Positions 45,803 to 54,233 of a stretch of DNA of 64,000 nucleotides are shown one piece after another. This DNA comes from an uncultured Candidatus Cloacimonadota bacterium (lineage in GTDB: Bacteria; Cloacimonadota; Cloacimonadia; Cloacimonadales; TCS61). Within the stretch, counting starts at the first letter, position 1. The number at the start of each line of letters is the position of its first letter. The notes under the pieces are model-generated. The model saw only the letters and a list, made by a program, of their open reading frames with translations. It was not told the DNA's origin and did not search any database. The translations under genes and the position numbers were made by a program. The stretch lies in NCBI GenBank assembly GCA_964521025.1, contig CAZFPK010000001.1:26644-90643 (forward strand), in the 5' to 3' direction.

Positions 45803-47890
45803 TTGAACAAACCAAAATTTACATTCATTACTCTTAGCTCTCTCTTAATCGCTATCTTACATTTTGCTTTTAGTCCTTATAGAGCAAATTCTTATGAATA
45901 TGATCTTAAACTTGGACAAATAGCCGAAAAAGATATAATTTCTCCTTTTGAATTCCAGATCCGGAAAAGCGATGAAAAAATTCGAGCTGAACAAGAAGCA
46001 GCTTCTGCGAAAATTCAAGCAGTCTATACTGTATCGGAAAATTTAAAATTCAATGCTCAAAAAAATCTTGATTTTATCTTTCAACACTTTATCAATTCTG
46101 ATATAGAACCTGAGAAAATCAAAGAAAAACTCCGGCAAAATGGTTTTCTGATCTCGAATCAAAACATAAAGAATCTCTTAGACGGGAATTTTAGAACTGA
46201 TATCTATATATATTTAACCGAAGAACTTGCAAAGATTTTTGACATTGGTATCTATGCCGACGATATTCCCTATGAAACAATAAAATTATCGAAAGGGAAA
46301 AAAGTCCGGGATTACTCTTTATCAAGATTATATTCTATAGAGGAAGCAAAAGATAAATTAGTTTCAGGGATACAATCTCTCAAAGAAAAGAGAGTAGTAT
46401 CCGAATTTGCTAATATAATTTTGATTACCAACATTGTCGTTGACAGTGAAAGTACAAAATTAGAAAAGCAGAAAGCCAGGGAAAATGTTCCACGAGTGGT
46501 CGGGAAAGTTCTCAAAAATGAGAAAATAATAAGTAAGAACAGCAAAGTAACCATAATAGAACTTCAGAAACTTAATTCTTTGATGGATGCTCAAAAAAAT
46601 ATGGAAAAATCCAAAAATAAATATGAACTTTTCCTTTCCTCATTGGGTTCATTTATTTTCTCATTATTTATGATCTTCCTGTTTTATTTTATTCTGAATC
46701 TTTTCTTTGATAAAAAAATGCTATCTGTGCAAAGAGTTGTTGTCTTTTCCGTTTCTTTCCTGATTTCAGTTATCCTGACGATCTTTGTCAATAATCTCCT
46801 GAAACTTCCCTCCTTGATAATTCCTTTTGGGTTTTCAGTCCTCTTGATATCTCTTGTTTTTAGTCCTCATATCGGGCTGATCTTTAACTTTTTCAATCTG
46901 GTCTTTGTTGTTTATTTTCTTAATTGGAGTATTCTCAATCCAGTGCTGTTATGTTTATCTTCTATCGGAGGTATTATTGCTCTGAAAAGAATGAAAAAGA
47001 AACAGGAGTATTATGCTCTGGGAATTTACATTTTTATTTCATTCATAGTTTTAAATATTGCTATATCCCTGCTGAAATTTGAAAATATCGCGATTTTCTC
47101 AACAAGGCTTCTTTACGGATTTATCTCCATTATTGTGTCGATAGCCGGTTTAGTTATGATAATTCCGTTGATCGAAAGAAAACTGCACATGGCAACCAAA
47201 CAGATATTGCTGGAATTACTCGATTTTGATAATCCTCTTCTCAAAAAAATGTCACAAATAACACCCGGAACCTATCATCATTCTCTCATTGTTGGAAATT
47301 TAGCAGAAAGTGCCGCAGAAGCGATCGGAGCGAATTATTTACTGGCAAGAGTGGGAAGTTATTATCATGATATCGGGAAGATCAATAATCCCCAATTTTA
47401 TATTGAAAATAATTCCAATTCATCTAAACTGCATGATAAAATGATGGCTAATGAAAGCGCTTTACTCATCCGAAATCATATTTCAGACGGAATTACACTC
47501 GCTAAAAAAAATAAACTTCCGCGTCAAATTCTGGATATTATCGAACAACATCACGGTACCGGACAGATCAGGTATTTTTATAATAAAGCAAAAGAAACAA
47601 ACCTGGACATCGAAGAAGAACAATTCTATTATTTGGGACCGAAACCGCAATCAAAAGAAGCTGCTGTCGTTATGATCGCCGATATTATCGAATCAACCAC
47701 AAAATCCCTGGACGATCTTTCCGAAACAGCAATCCGGAAAATTTTCGATGATACGATCATCAGGTTGATCAATAACGGTCAGCTCGACGAAACACCACTG
47801 ACTATGAAAGAACTCGATATTACAAAAAAATATATGATGCCGATCATTATGGGAGTTTACCGTAAAAGACTTGAGTATCCTGAATTGTAG
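45803..47890 (+). CDS. pgpH: 7TM receptor with intracellular HD hydrolase (PgpH/YqfF family; cyclic-di-AMP phosphodiesterase family)
   Basis: 695 aa (TTG start, 5' end uncertain). Extracellular N-domain, 7 TM, HD domain ..TYHHSLIVGNLAESAAEAIGAN..ARVGSYYHDIGK..EQHHGT... Precedes ybeY as in phoH-yqfF-ybeY operons. Confidence 0.85.
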   Translation: MNKPKFTFITLSSLLIAILHFAFSPYRANSYEYDLKLGQIAEKDIISPFEFQIRKSDEKIRAEQEAASAKIQAVYTVSENLKFNAQKNLDFIFQHFINSDIEPEKIKEKLRQNGFLISNQNIKNLLDGNFRTDIYIYLTEELAKIFDIGIYADDIPYETIKLSKGKKVRDYSLSRLYSIEEAKDKLVSGIQSLKEKRVVSEFANIILITNIVVDSESTKLEKQKARENVPRVVGKVLKNEKIISKNSKVTIIELQKLNSLMDAQKNMEKSKNKYELFLSSLGSFIFSLFMIFLFYFILNLFFDKKMLSVQRVVVFSVSFLISVILTIFVNNLLKLPSLIIPFGFSVLLISLVFSPHIGLIFNFFNLVFVVYFLNWSILNPVLLCLSSIGGIIALKRMKKKQEYYALGIYIFISFIVLNIAISLLKFENIAIFSTRLLYGFISIIVSIAGLVMIIPLIERKLHMATKQILLELLDFDNPLLKKMSQITPGTYHHSLIVGNLAESAAEAIGANYLLARVGSYYHDIGKINNPQFYIENNSNSSKLHDKMMANESALLIRNHISDGITLAKKNKLPRQILDIIEQHHGTGQIRYFYNKAKETNLDIEEEQFYYLGPKPQSKEAAVVMIADIIESTTKSLDDLSETAIRKIFDDTIIRLINNGQLDETPLTMKELDITKKYMMPIIMGVYRKRLEYPEL

Positions 47891-48180
47891 TTCGGAACTT
47901 GTTCCGAGAAAAAAAATCCGAACAAGTCGGATCGTCTATAGTTCGTAACTTTTAGTCAGGCTCTTTACGGATAGTAGTGAGAGGTTTTATTCATTAAATA
48001 AAAAGTCTTCCTAAAAAATCTTATCAAAATGAAAATGCAAAAGAAGTCCGGTTCGACCGTAGTTCGGAACTTGTTCCGAGAAAAAAATCCGAACATGTCC
48101 GGATCGTCTATAGTTCGTAACTTTTATTTCGGCTCCCGACAGATTATTCCGAGAAAAAATACCGAACAAGTTCGGAACTA
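47887..48180. repeat. Direct repeats filling the pgpH-ybeY spacer (two full units of about 68 nt plus a partial third)
   Basis: gtagttcggaacttgttccgagaaaaaaaatccgaacaagtcggatcgtctatagttcgtaactttta (47887-47955) vs gtagttcggaacttgttccgagaaaaaaatccgaacatgtccggatcgtctatagttcgtaactttta (48059-48126). Partial ttccgagaaaaaataccgaacaagttcggaac (48148-48179). Confidence 0.85.
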
Positions 48181-48182
48181 CG

Positions 48183-48611
48183 ATGAAATACAAACCAATT
48201 ATATTAGACAACAGAACTAATAAAAGTTTTTCTATTCAAATCTTCAAAACTGTTTTTGATCTTATCCAAAAAAAAGAAAACCTCAAAAAAAGCAATTTTG
48301 TGAATCTGGTGTTGGTCGAAGACGATACGATCAGGAAAATCAACAAACAATATCGCGGTCTCGACAAAAAAACAGATGTTATTTCTTTCCCTTCCGAATT
48401 CAGGGAAATTCCCCTGCTCGGAGAAATTATTATTGACATCAAAATCGCTGTTGAACAAAAAGGAAACATGGAAATAGAATCGGAATTGCAAAGAATTTTT
48501 CTGCATGGTCTTTTGCACCTTTTGGGTTATGACCACATTTCAACCAAACAACGACAAATCATGGATGAAAAAGAATTAGATTATTGGAATTTGATCGAGG
48601 AGGAGAGTTAA
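48183..48611 (+). CDS. ybeY: rRNA maturation endoribonuclease YbeY
   Basis: 142 aa. Zinc motif ..FLHGLLHLLGYDH.. and ..TDVISFP.. Confidence 0.9.
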   Translation: MKYKPIILDNRTNKSFSIQIFKTVFDLIQKKENLKKSNFVNLVLVEDDTIRKINKQYRGLDKKTDVISFPSEFREIPLLGEIIIDIKIAVEQKGNMEIESELQRIFLHGLLHLLGYDHISTKQRQIMDEKELDYWNLIEEES

Positions 48612-48615
48612 TCTC

Positions 48616-49887
48616 GTGGACGAAAGTTTTCTATATTTACTGATCATTGGATATTTAATTTTATCCGCTTTTTTTTCAGGTTCGGAAACCGCTTTTTTTT
48701 CGTTATCGAAAATCCAGTTAAAAAAGATCCGTCAGCAAAAGACAAAGACCTCCAAAAGGATTTTCCGGCTTTTACATAAACCGCGAGAACTGCTGATCAT
48801 CATCCTTCTGGGCAATACGATCGTTAATGTTGCTGCTTCTTCGACCGCTGCTTTGATCTCGATCAAAATAGGAGAAAGACTTTTCAAGGATATTCCCGGA
48901 ATTTTCCCGATCCTGATCGAGATCATTTTAATGACCATCATTATCCTCATTTTTGGAGAGATCACACCTAAACTCCTGGCTTATTCATCTCCGGAAAAGA
49001 TTGCCGGATTTTCCGGGTTTTTCCTGGAGATCATCAAATTTGTGTTGTTCCCCATAATCAAAATACTGGAATTCATCAGTTCTATTTTTTCTCGTAAAAG
49101 TCCATCCGCGGAAGAAAATCTTACTTCCGAAGATTTCAAAAACCTGCTTAATTCCCGCTCTACAAAAGAATCCCTGGAGGAAACAGAAAAAAAGATCATT
49201 GCCGGTATTTTCAGGTTTTCATCGAGAGAAGCGAAAGAGATCATGACTCCGAGAGTCGATATCAAGGCTGTCGAATCTTCCGAAGGATTAAAAAAACTGA
49301 AAGAAAATATTATCGTTTCCGGGCATTCCCGCATTCCGGTCTATAAAAAGAATATCGATAATATTATCGGTGTGGTCTATGCCAAAGATATCATCCTGAA
49401 TCCTGAAAAAACCTCGATCCCGTCATTGTTGAGAGCTCCTCTTTTTATCACGGAAAATGTCAAGATCCAGAAACTGCTGAACCAGTTCAAACAAAAGAAG
49501 ATCCAGATCGCTTTTGTGGTCGACGAATACGGCGGAACATCCGGGTTGATCACTCTCGAAGACATCATGGAGGAACTGGTCGGTGAAATATTAGATGAAT
49601 ACGACAAGGAAAAACCGGAAATATCCGAGATCTCCAAAGATGAATTTCTGGTGAGCGGAATGTTCTCTATCCCGGAACTGAACGAGAAATTTTCCCTGAA
49701 TATCGATGAGGAAGAATACGATAACCTGGCGGAATTCTTATACGACAGTTTTAATAAAGTTCCGAAAAGAAATGAGAGTTTTATCTTTAATGAAAAAGTT
49801 AAATTCACGATCTCAAATGTCAAAGCACAGCGCATAAATTATGCGAAAATGAAACTGCTGCAGGATCGCGATCAAATTGCTGAATAA
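48616..49887 (+). CDS. Hemolysin-family membrane protein (DUF21-CBS pair-CorC_HlyC)
   Basis: 423 aa, GTG start. N-terminal 4-TM DUF21 (..SAFFSGSETAFFSL..), CBS pair (..IMTPRVDI..SRIPVY..), C-terminal ..VVDEYGGTSGLITLEDIMEELVGEI.. plus transporter-associated domain. Confidence 0.85.
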   Translation: MDESFLYLLIIGYLILSAFFSGSETAFFSLSKIQLKKIRQQKTKTSKRIFRLLHKPRELLIIILLGNTIVNVAASSTAALISIKIGERLFKDIPGIFPILIEIILMTIIILIFGEITPKLLAYSSPEKIAGFSGFFLEIIKFVLFPIIKILEFISSIFSRKSPSAEENLTSEDFKNLLNSRSTKESLEETEKKIIAGIFRFSSREAKEIMTPRVDIKAVESSEGLKKLKENIIVSGHSRIPVYKKNIDNIIGVVYAKDIILNPEKTSIPSLLRAPLFITENVKIQKLLNQFKQKKIQIAFVVDEYGGTSGLITLEDIMEELVGEILDEYDKEKPEISEISKDEFLVSGMFSIPELNEKFSLNIDEEEYDNLAEFLYDSFNKVPKRNESFIFNEKVKFTISNVKAQRINYAKMKLLQDRDQIAE

Positions 49888-50058
49888 TTAAAAAACCGTA
49901 AAAGGACGCTAATCATCGCAAATTTTACAGCCGGAAAAACCGATATCCGATCGAAAAAACAATTTTATGAAAAAACTTTTTTTTTATTTCTAACCATCAT
50001 CATCTTCATTCATAATTTAGATGCTGAAAAACTCGAATTAGCAATTAAATATATCGGT

Positions 50059-50685
50059 TTGAAGATCATCAATGCGGAAATCGAGGATAAAAATAATATT
50101 TTGCTCTTGACCGCAAAATCGACATCTTTAGCAAGTTTACTGGCAAAAGCAGACAATAAATACATCATCGAATATGATAACGATTTTCTTCCCAACAAAT
50201 ATACGAAGATCATTAACCAGAGCGATTATTTTGAAAACAGGTATGTTGTTTACGATCGTAAAAATGAACTCGGTAAAAGGGTTAGTCTCCGGGATTCGAC
50301 AAAAACCTGCGAATACTCGATCCATCCGTTATGCCGCGATTTTTTTTCGGCATTATTTTACATGAGAAATAACCTGGATAAAAATCCGGGAGAGATCTGG
50401 CTGGATGCAAATAAAGTTGCCTGGAAAGTGAAATACAGGGTGGTGGATCAGGAAAGACTTAATTCTCCTTTTGGGAAAATAAATACGAAAAAAGTCAGGA
50501 TTACTTTTCAAAAAGTATCATCTGAAAAAAAAGAAAGAAGTGATATTTTAACTAATAATCTGGTAAATGAAAAAAGGGATCTATATTTCTGGTTTTCGGA
50601 TGACCGGGATAATATTCCCATCAAAGCAAAATATGCGATGAAACCTTTCCCGATCATCTGGAAATTAATAAAATATGAAAAATAG
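50059..50685 (+). CDS. Exported protein, DUF3108-like (tentative); its true 5' end is probably ATG 49967, separated by a 1-nt indel in an A6-C-T9 tract
   Basis: The track ORF starts at an internal TTG. The same frame is open upstream through a signal-like TFFLFLTIIIFIHNLDAEKLELAIKYIG, but the only ATG (49967, MKKLFF..) is 1 nt out of frame. Confidence 0.5.
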   Translation: MKIINAEIEDKNNILLLTAKSTSLASLLAKADNKYIIEYDNDFLPNKYTKIINQSDYFENRYVVYDRKNELGKRVSLRDSTKTCEYSIHPLCRDFFSALFYMRNNLDKNPGEIWLDANKVAWKVKYRVVDQERLNSPFGKINTKKVRITFQKVSSEKKERSDILTNNLVNEKRDLYFWFSDDRDNIPIKAKYAMKPFPIIWKLIKYEK

Positions 50686-51043
50686 GATTTTTGGAAGGAA
50701 CTTCTTTAAATATCTTTTTATTAGCTGGTGTTTTCTCATTTTATTTTTAACTTCATACCCGAAATTAACGACACCAACCGAAGAAATCATCGGTCTTGAC
50801 AAAATTGCTCATTTCACGATTTACCTTGTTTTTTCATTCCTGTTCCTGAAGATGTTTCCACATGAAGACCGGAAAAAAAATCTGAAGACACTTTGCTTTC
50901 TGGCTGTTTTCGTTCCGCTTTTCGATGAATTACACCAAATTCCTATTCCGGGCAGAGATTTTTCCGTTTATGATATTTTAGCCGATATGCTGGGTTTTGC
51001 CGTAATTTACCTGATCTTCAGATTTAGAAAAAATGGAATTTAG
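50675..51043 (+). CDS. VanZ-like family membrane protein
   Basis: 122 aa, 4 TM. ..LDKIAHFTIYLVFSFLF.. and ..FDELHQIPIPGRDFSVYDILADMLGF.. match VanZ-family conserved positions. Confidence 0.7.
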   Translation: MKNRIFGRNFFKYLFISWCFLILFLTSYPKLTTPTEEIIGLDKIAHFTIYLVFSFLFLKMFPHEDRKKNLKTLCFLAVFVPLFDELHQIPIPGRDFSVYDILADMLGFAVIYLIFRFRKNGI

Positions 51044-51053
51044 TTTCCGATAA

Positions 51054-51190
51054 CTTTCCGAAGTTTCCTGCCGAGGAATTCTCTCAACTGAAATTCGGAA
51101 AGTTCCCTCTCCCAAGGGACAACTTTTATTTCCATTTAACCTTCCGAATCCTCTGGTGTGAGAACACTTGAAAGAAGGCTTCGGAAGGAG
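51054..51190. repeat. Dual-hairpin TTCCGAA intergenic repeat, copy C
   Basis: ctttccgaagtttcctgccgaggaattctctcaactgaaattcggaaag ... aaccttccgaatcctctggtgtgagaacacttgaaagaaggcttcggaaggag. It lies between convergent genes. Confidence 0.8.
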
Positions 51191-51196
51191 ATTTTA

Positions 51197-51568
51197 TCAG
51201 GCTTTGATCCTCTTTAAAGTAATAATAACTTCATATTTGTAAGTCGGTTTATCCCAGATCTTTTTTTTAAGATATTCTTGTGGATTATCCATGATCTCTT
51301 TTTCGGATACTTCCGTGATCTTCTTATCGGAACCAACAATCCAAAATTTCTTTTCTTTAGGTTCTGCTATTTTTTTTGCCGGCATAAGTTCTCCTTTTAA
51401 TTTATATTCCGGATGTTTTTCCACAAATTCAAGCAATGCTTCCATAGTTATCGAATCTCGATAGATCTGGCATCTATCCTGACAACTGGCAGCACAGACG
51501 ATCAGATTGGTAAATTGCTTGGTCTTCGGACAAACAATAAGGTTTTTGTTAAATCTTTTTCTTCTCAC
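51197..51568 (-). CDS. Hypothetical protein with N-terminal 4-Cys cluster
   Basis: 123 aa, GTG start 5 nt after the dapA-like stop. ..LIVCPKTKQFTNLIVCAASCQDRCQIY.. No recognised family. Confidence 0.5.
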   Translation of the reverse strand: MRRKRFNKNLIVCPKTKQFTNLIVCAASCQDRCQIYRDSITMEALLEFVEKHPEYKLKGELMPAKKIAEPKEKKFWIVGSDKKITEVSEKEIMDNPQEYLKKKIWDKPTYKYEVIITLKRIKA

Positions 51569-51573
51569 GATTT

Positions 51574-52455
51574 CTAATCTTTTATTAAAACAAATTCAAA
51601 AAGTATTTCTTTTATTTTTTTCCGATCACTCTCATTCAGATTCGACAGCGGTGATCTAACTTCCTTTTCGCACATATTCATTAGATTTAAGGCTTCTTTG
51701 ATCACAACCGGGTAAGAACCGATCTTTGAAAGTTCGAATAATGTTAAAAGTTTTTGATGATCTAATAATGCTTTTTTCATTTCTCCGTTCAAAACAAATT
51801 CCGTTAAGGAATGGATTTGAAGCGGCACTAAATTTGCAAATTGAGAGATCACTCCGTTTGCTCCGCAACTTATTAATGGTAAACAAAGCAGGTCGTTTCC
51901 CGAAAAAAGAGAAAATTCCGGTGGAGTTTTTTTGATGATATTTGAAATCTGCTCGAAATTCCCGCTTGCATCGTTCAATCCGATAATTCTATCATTACTT
52001 TTAACGAGTTTTAAAATGGTTTCCGCTTCCATATTTACACCGGTTCTTTGCGGATAATTAAATATGATCAACGGCATATTGGTTTTTTCAATAATTTTCA
52101 GGTAGTATTCATATAAACCGTTTTGGTCGGATTGGATAAAGTAAGGAGTTACGATCTGAACATAATCCGCTCCCCAATTCTTTACTTTGATAACCGCTGA
52201 AATCGTATGATGGAGATTATTTGTTCCGCACTCCACGATCACCGGAATTTTATTGTGAATTTTCCTGGTGCAGAAACGGACGGATCTTTCTTTCTCATCT
52301 CCGGCAAGAGATGATGATTCTCCGGTATTACTGCAGAGAAGAATTCCATCAGTCTGATTTTCCAGGTGAAAATCCAGCAAATTTTCCAGGGCATTATAGT
52401 CGATTTCATTATTCTTGAATGGAGTAATCAGGTCGACGAAAGAGCCTGATAGCAT
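51574..52455 (-). CDS. DapA/NAL-family (class I aldolase fold) protein lacking the canonical catalytic residues
   Basis: 293 aa, collinear with E. coli DapA (recalled from memory). SNTGES vs GTTGES, VTPYF vs VTPYY, IIFNYPQRTG vs ILYNVPSRTG, IIGLNDASGN vs IIGIKEATGN. This gives T44N, Y107F, Y133F and K161N equivalents. Confidence 0.7.
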   Translation of the reverse strand: MLSGSFVDLITPFKNNEIDYNALENLLDFHLENQTDGILLCSNTGESSSLAGDEKERSVRFCTRKIHNKIPVIVECGTNNLHHTISAVIKVKNWGADYVQIVTPYFIQSDQNGLYEYYLKIIEKTNMPLIIFNYPQRTGVNMEAETILKLVKSNDRIIGLNDASGNFEQISNIIKKTPPEFSLFSGNDLLCLPLISCGANGVISQFANLVPLQIHSLTEFVLNGEMKKALLDHQKLLTLFELSKIGSYPVVIKEALNLMNMCEKEVRSPLSNLNESDRKKIKEILFEFVLIKD

Positions 52456-53159
52456 TTAATCACCTCCAATAATATCGGTAATTTGAATAGTTGAATATAT
52501 AAGTTTCTCTTAAATCTCCTATATTCTCCGTTTATTAAGTTCTTTTAAACAAAGGAATACTTTTCGGTGTGAAAGTCAAATAATATTTCGATTTTTTTTG
52601 AACTGATATTTTAGATGATCATTCTTCAAAAAATACTCTGAATGAATTCAGAATGGTTTTACTTTTATCTCCTCGATCATTCACTAAAAGGGCTGTGTGA
52701 AAAGTATAATTCGACTTTGCATGTCGAGAAATTAAAATCCATATCTCTGCTCTAACGAGGGAACCCGAACAAAGCAGCTCAATTTGAGCCCAGAAAATCA
52801 TCAAAACAAGCCTGTTCGCACGACCTGTAAAGTGAAAGGTTAATTTTTGAATTTGCATCTAAATTTTGATATTTAATCTGTTTTGTTTTTGTGATTTGTT
52901 CTTTGGGATTTGTTTGAGATTTGTTTTGTTATTAAAACCCCCTTTAGTTCCCCCTTATGAAGGGAGATTATTGGGAAATTGAGTTTTGGAATTTATTTGA
53001 GATTTGTTTTGTTATTGGGAATTTTATTAGAAATGAGAAATTCGGATTTAGAAATTTTTAAAAGTCAACCTCGGGGTTTCTTCTGAAAAATAAAAAAAGA
53101 CCTTTTACGGATCGGTCATACAACCATCCCGTAAAAGGTCGATTTCGATTTAATTTTGG

Positions 53160-53528
53160 TTAATGATTCCGTATTTTTTTCTGTGTTTTCTCGAGATGTT
53201 TTTCCAGATGAAGATAACGATGATAAGTAGAATCAGCAAATTTCTTGATGACATTAGGCAGGTCGGATTTTTTCCAGGTCTCTTTGAAAATCGCAACCTT
53301 CATCAAGTTGCTGCTGACCTTGAAATTATTTTTTTCTTGCGGATCAAAAGTTATATCATCCGCATCGACCACGAAATTTTCGTTTTCAAAAACTCTATTA
53401 AGAAAATTTGTAACCGTATAAGAAAAATTATTGGTCAGATCGACCTTGTTTTCGGAAATGTTGATTTTTTCCCTGATCTCGTGAATAAATTCGTTACCTA
53501 ATGTACTAAAAGAAATTTGTCCTTTCAT
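53160..53528 (-). CDS. Hypothetical protein
   Basis: Start set to ATG 53528 (GGAGGA SD). MKGQISFSTLGNEFIHEIREKINISENKVDL.. No recognised domain. Confidence 0.5.
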   Translation of the reverse strand: MKGQISFSTLGNEFIHEIREKINISENKVDLTNNFSYTVTNFLNRVFENENFVVDADDITFDPQEKNNFKVSSNLMKVAIFKETWKKSDLPNVIKKFADSTYHRYLHLEKHLEKTQKKIRNH

Positions 53529-53873
53529 GAATCCTCCTAAATTATTTTTCACTATCGATACAAGCATTACGCATCGTCATTGATCCGATAGCTTGGTACT
53601 TCTCATTTCAGCATAAAAAATCCCATCGGGATGAAATTGTTACATTTATTTTTTTCATTTTTTGGAAGCTTATTGAATAAGTTTTTTCTTTTCTCATTGG
53701 AGATAAAATATTTCTATCGAATTTAGATGTCAAATATAATTTTTATTTTTTTTAAAAAATTGTTCCTTGACTGAATTACAAAGGATTTTGAGTTCGAGCA
53801 AAATAAAGACTCGACTCCATTATGAATTTATTCGTGATGGAGTTGAGTCGTGAAATGTTTAAGGATAAGAATT

Positions 53874-54233
53874 ATGCTCGATGCTGATTTTATCAGGAAA
53901 TACTGCTTGCAGAAACCAGGTGCTGAAGAAGACTTTCCTTTCGATGCGGAAACACTGGTAATGAAAGTCGGCAATAAAATGTTCGCTCTTTTTGGAAGTG
54001 CCGAACCTCTTCGGATAAATTTGAAATGCGATCCTCTGACTGCAATCGGTTTAAGAAAAAAATACAAATCTGTTATTCCCGGTTATCACATGAATAAGAA
54101 ACATTGGAACACAATTATCCTCGACATATCTATCCCTGATAAGGAAATTCTCGGTATGATCGACGATTCGTTTGAACTTGTTTTTGGAAGTTTATCCAAA
54201 AAAGTTCAAAAAGAAATTAAGAATTTGAAATGA
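53874..54233 (+). CDS. MmcQ/YjbR family DNA-binding protein
   Basis: MLDADFIRKYCLQKPGAEEDFPFDAETLVMKVGNKMFALFG..LKCDP..VIPGYHMNKKHWNTI.. matches the YjbR family pattern. ATG 53874 preferred over the upstream GTG 53850. Confidence 0.75.
   Translation: MLDADFIRKYCLQKPGAEEDFPFDAETLVMKVGNKMFALFGSAEPLRINLKCDPLTAIGLRKKYKSVIPGYHMNKKHWNTIILDISIPDKEILGMIDDSFELVFGSLSKKVQKEIKNLK

Noticed and set aside
48011-48220. Two overlapping ORFs (66 aa minus, 63 aa plus) in the pgpH-ybeY spacer.
   Set aside because: Both are translations of the direct-repeat units. Their products mirror each other's repeats and have no start context.
43547-51190. Interpreting the inverted repeats plus the enclosed 7.4 kb as a composite transposon or genomic island.
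   Set aside because: There is no transposase, integrase or tRNA boundary. The cargo is core housekeeping (ybeY, pgpH, corC-like). The repeat has a third solo copy at 2986-3154. It is kept only as a possible inversion substrate.
52456-52860. Possible lysine riboswitch (L-box) upstream of the dapA-like gene; ..ggtcgtgcgaac.. vaguely resembles the AGAGGUGCGAAC start.
   Set aside because: The other conserved L-box blocks (GCCGAAG, CUGAAAGG, ACUGUCA) are absent on either strand. The downstream gene also lacks DapA catalytic residues, so lysine control is not expected.
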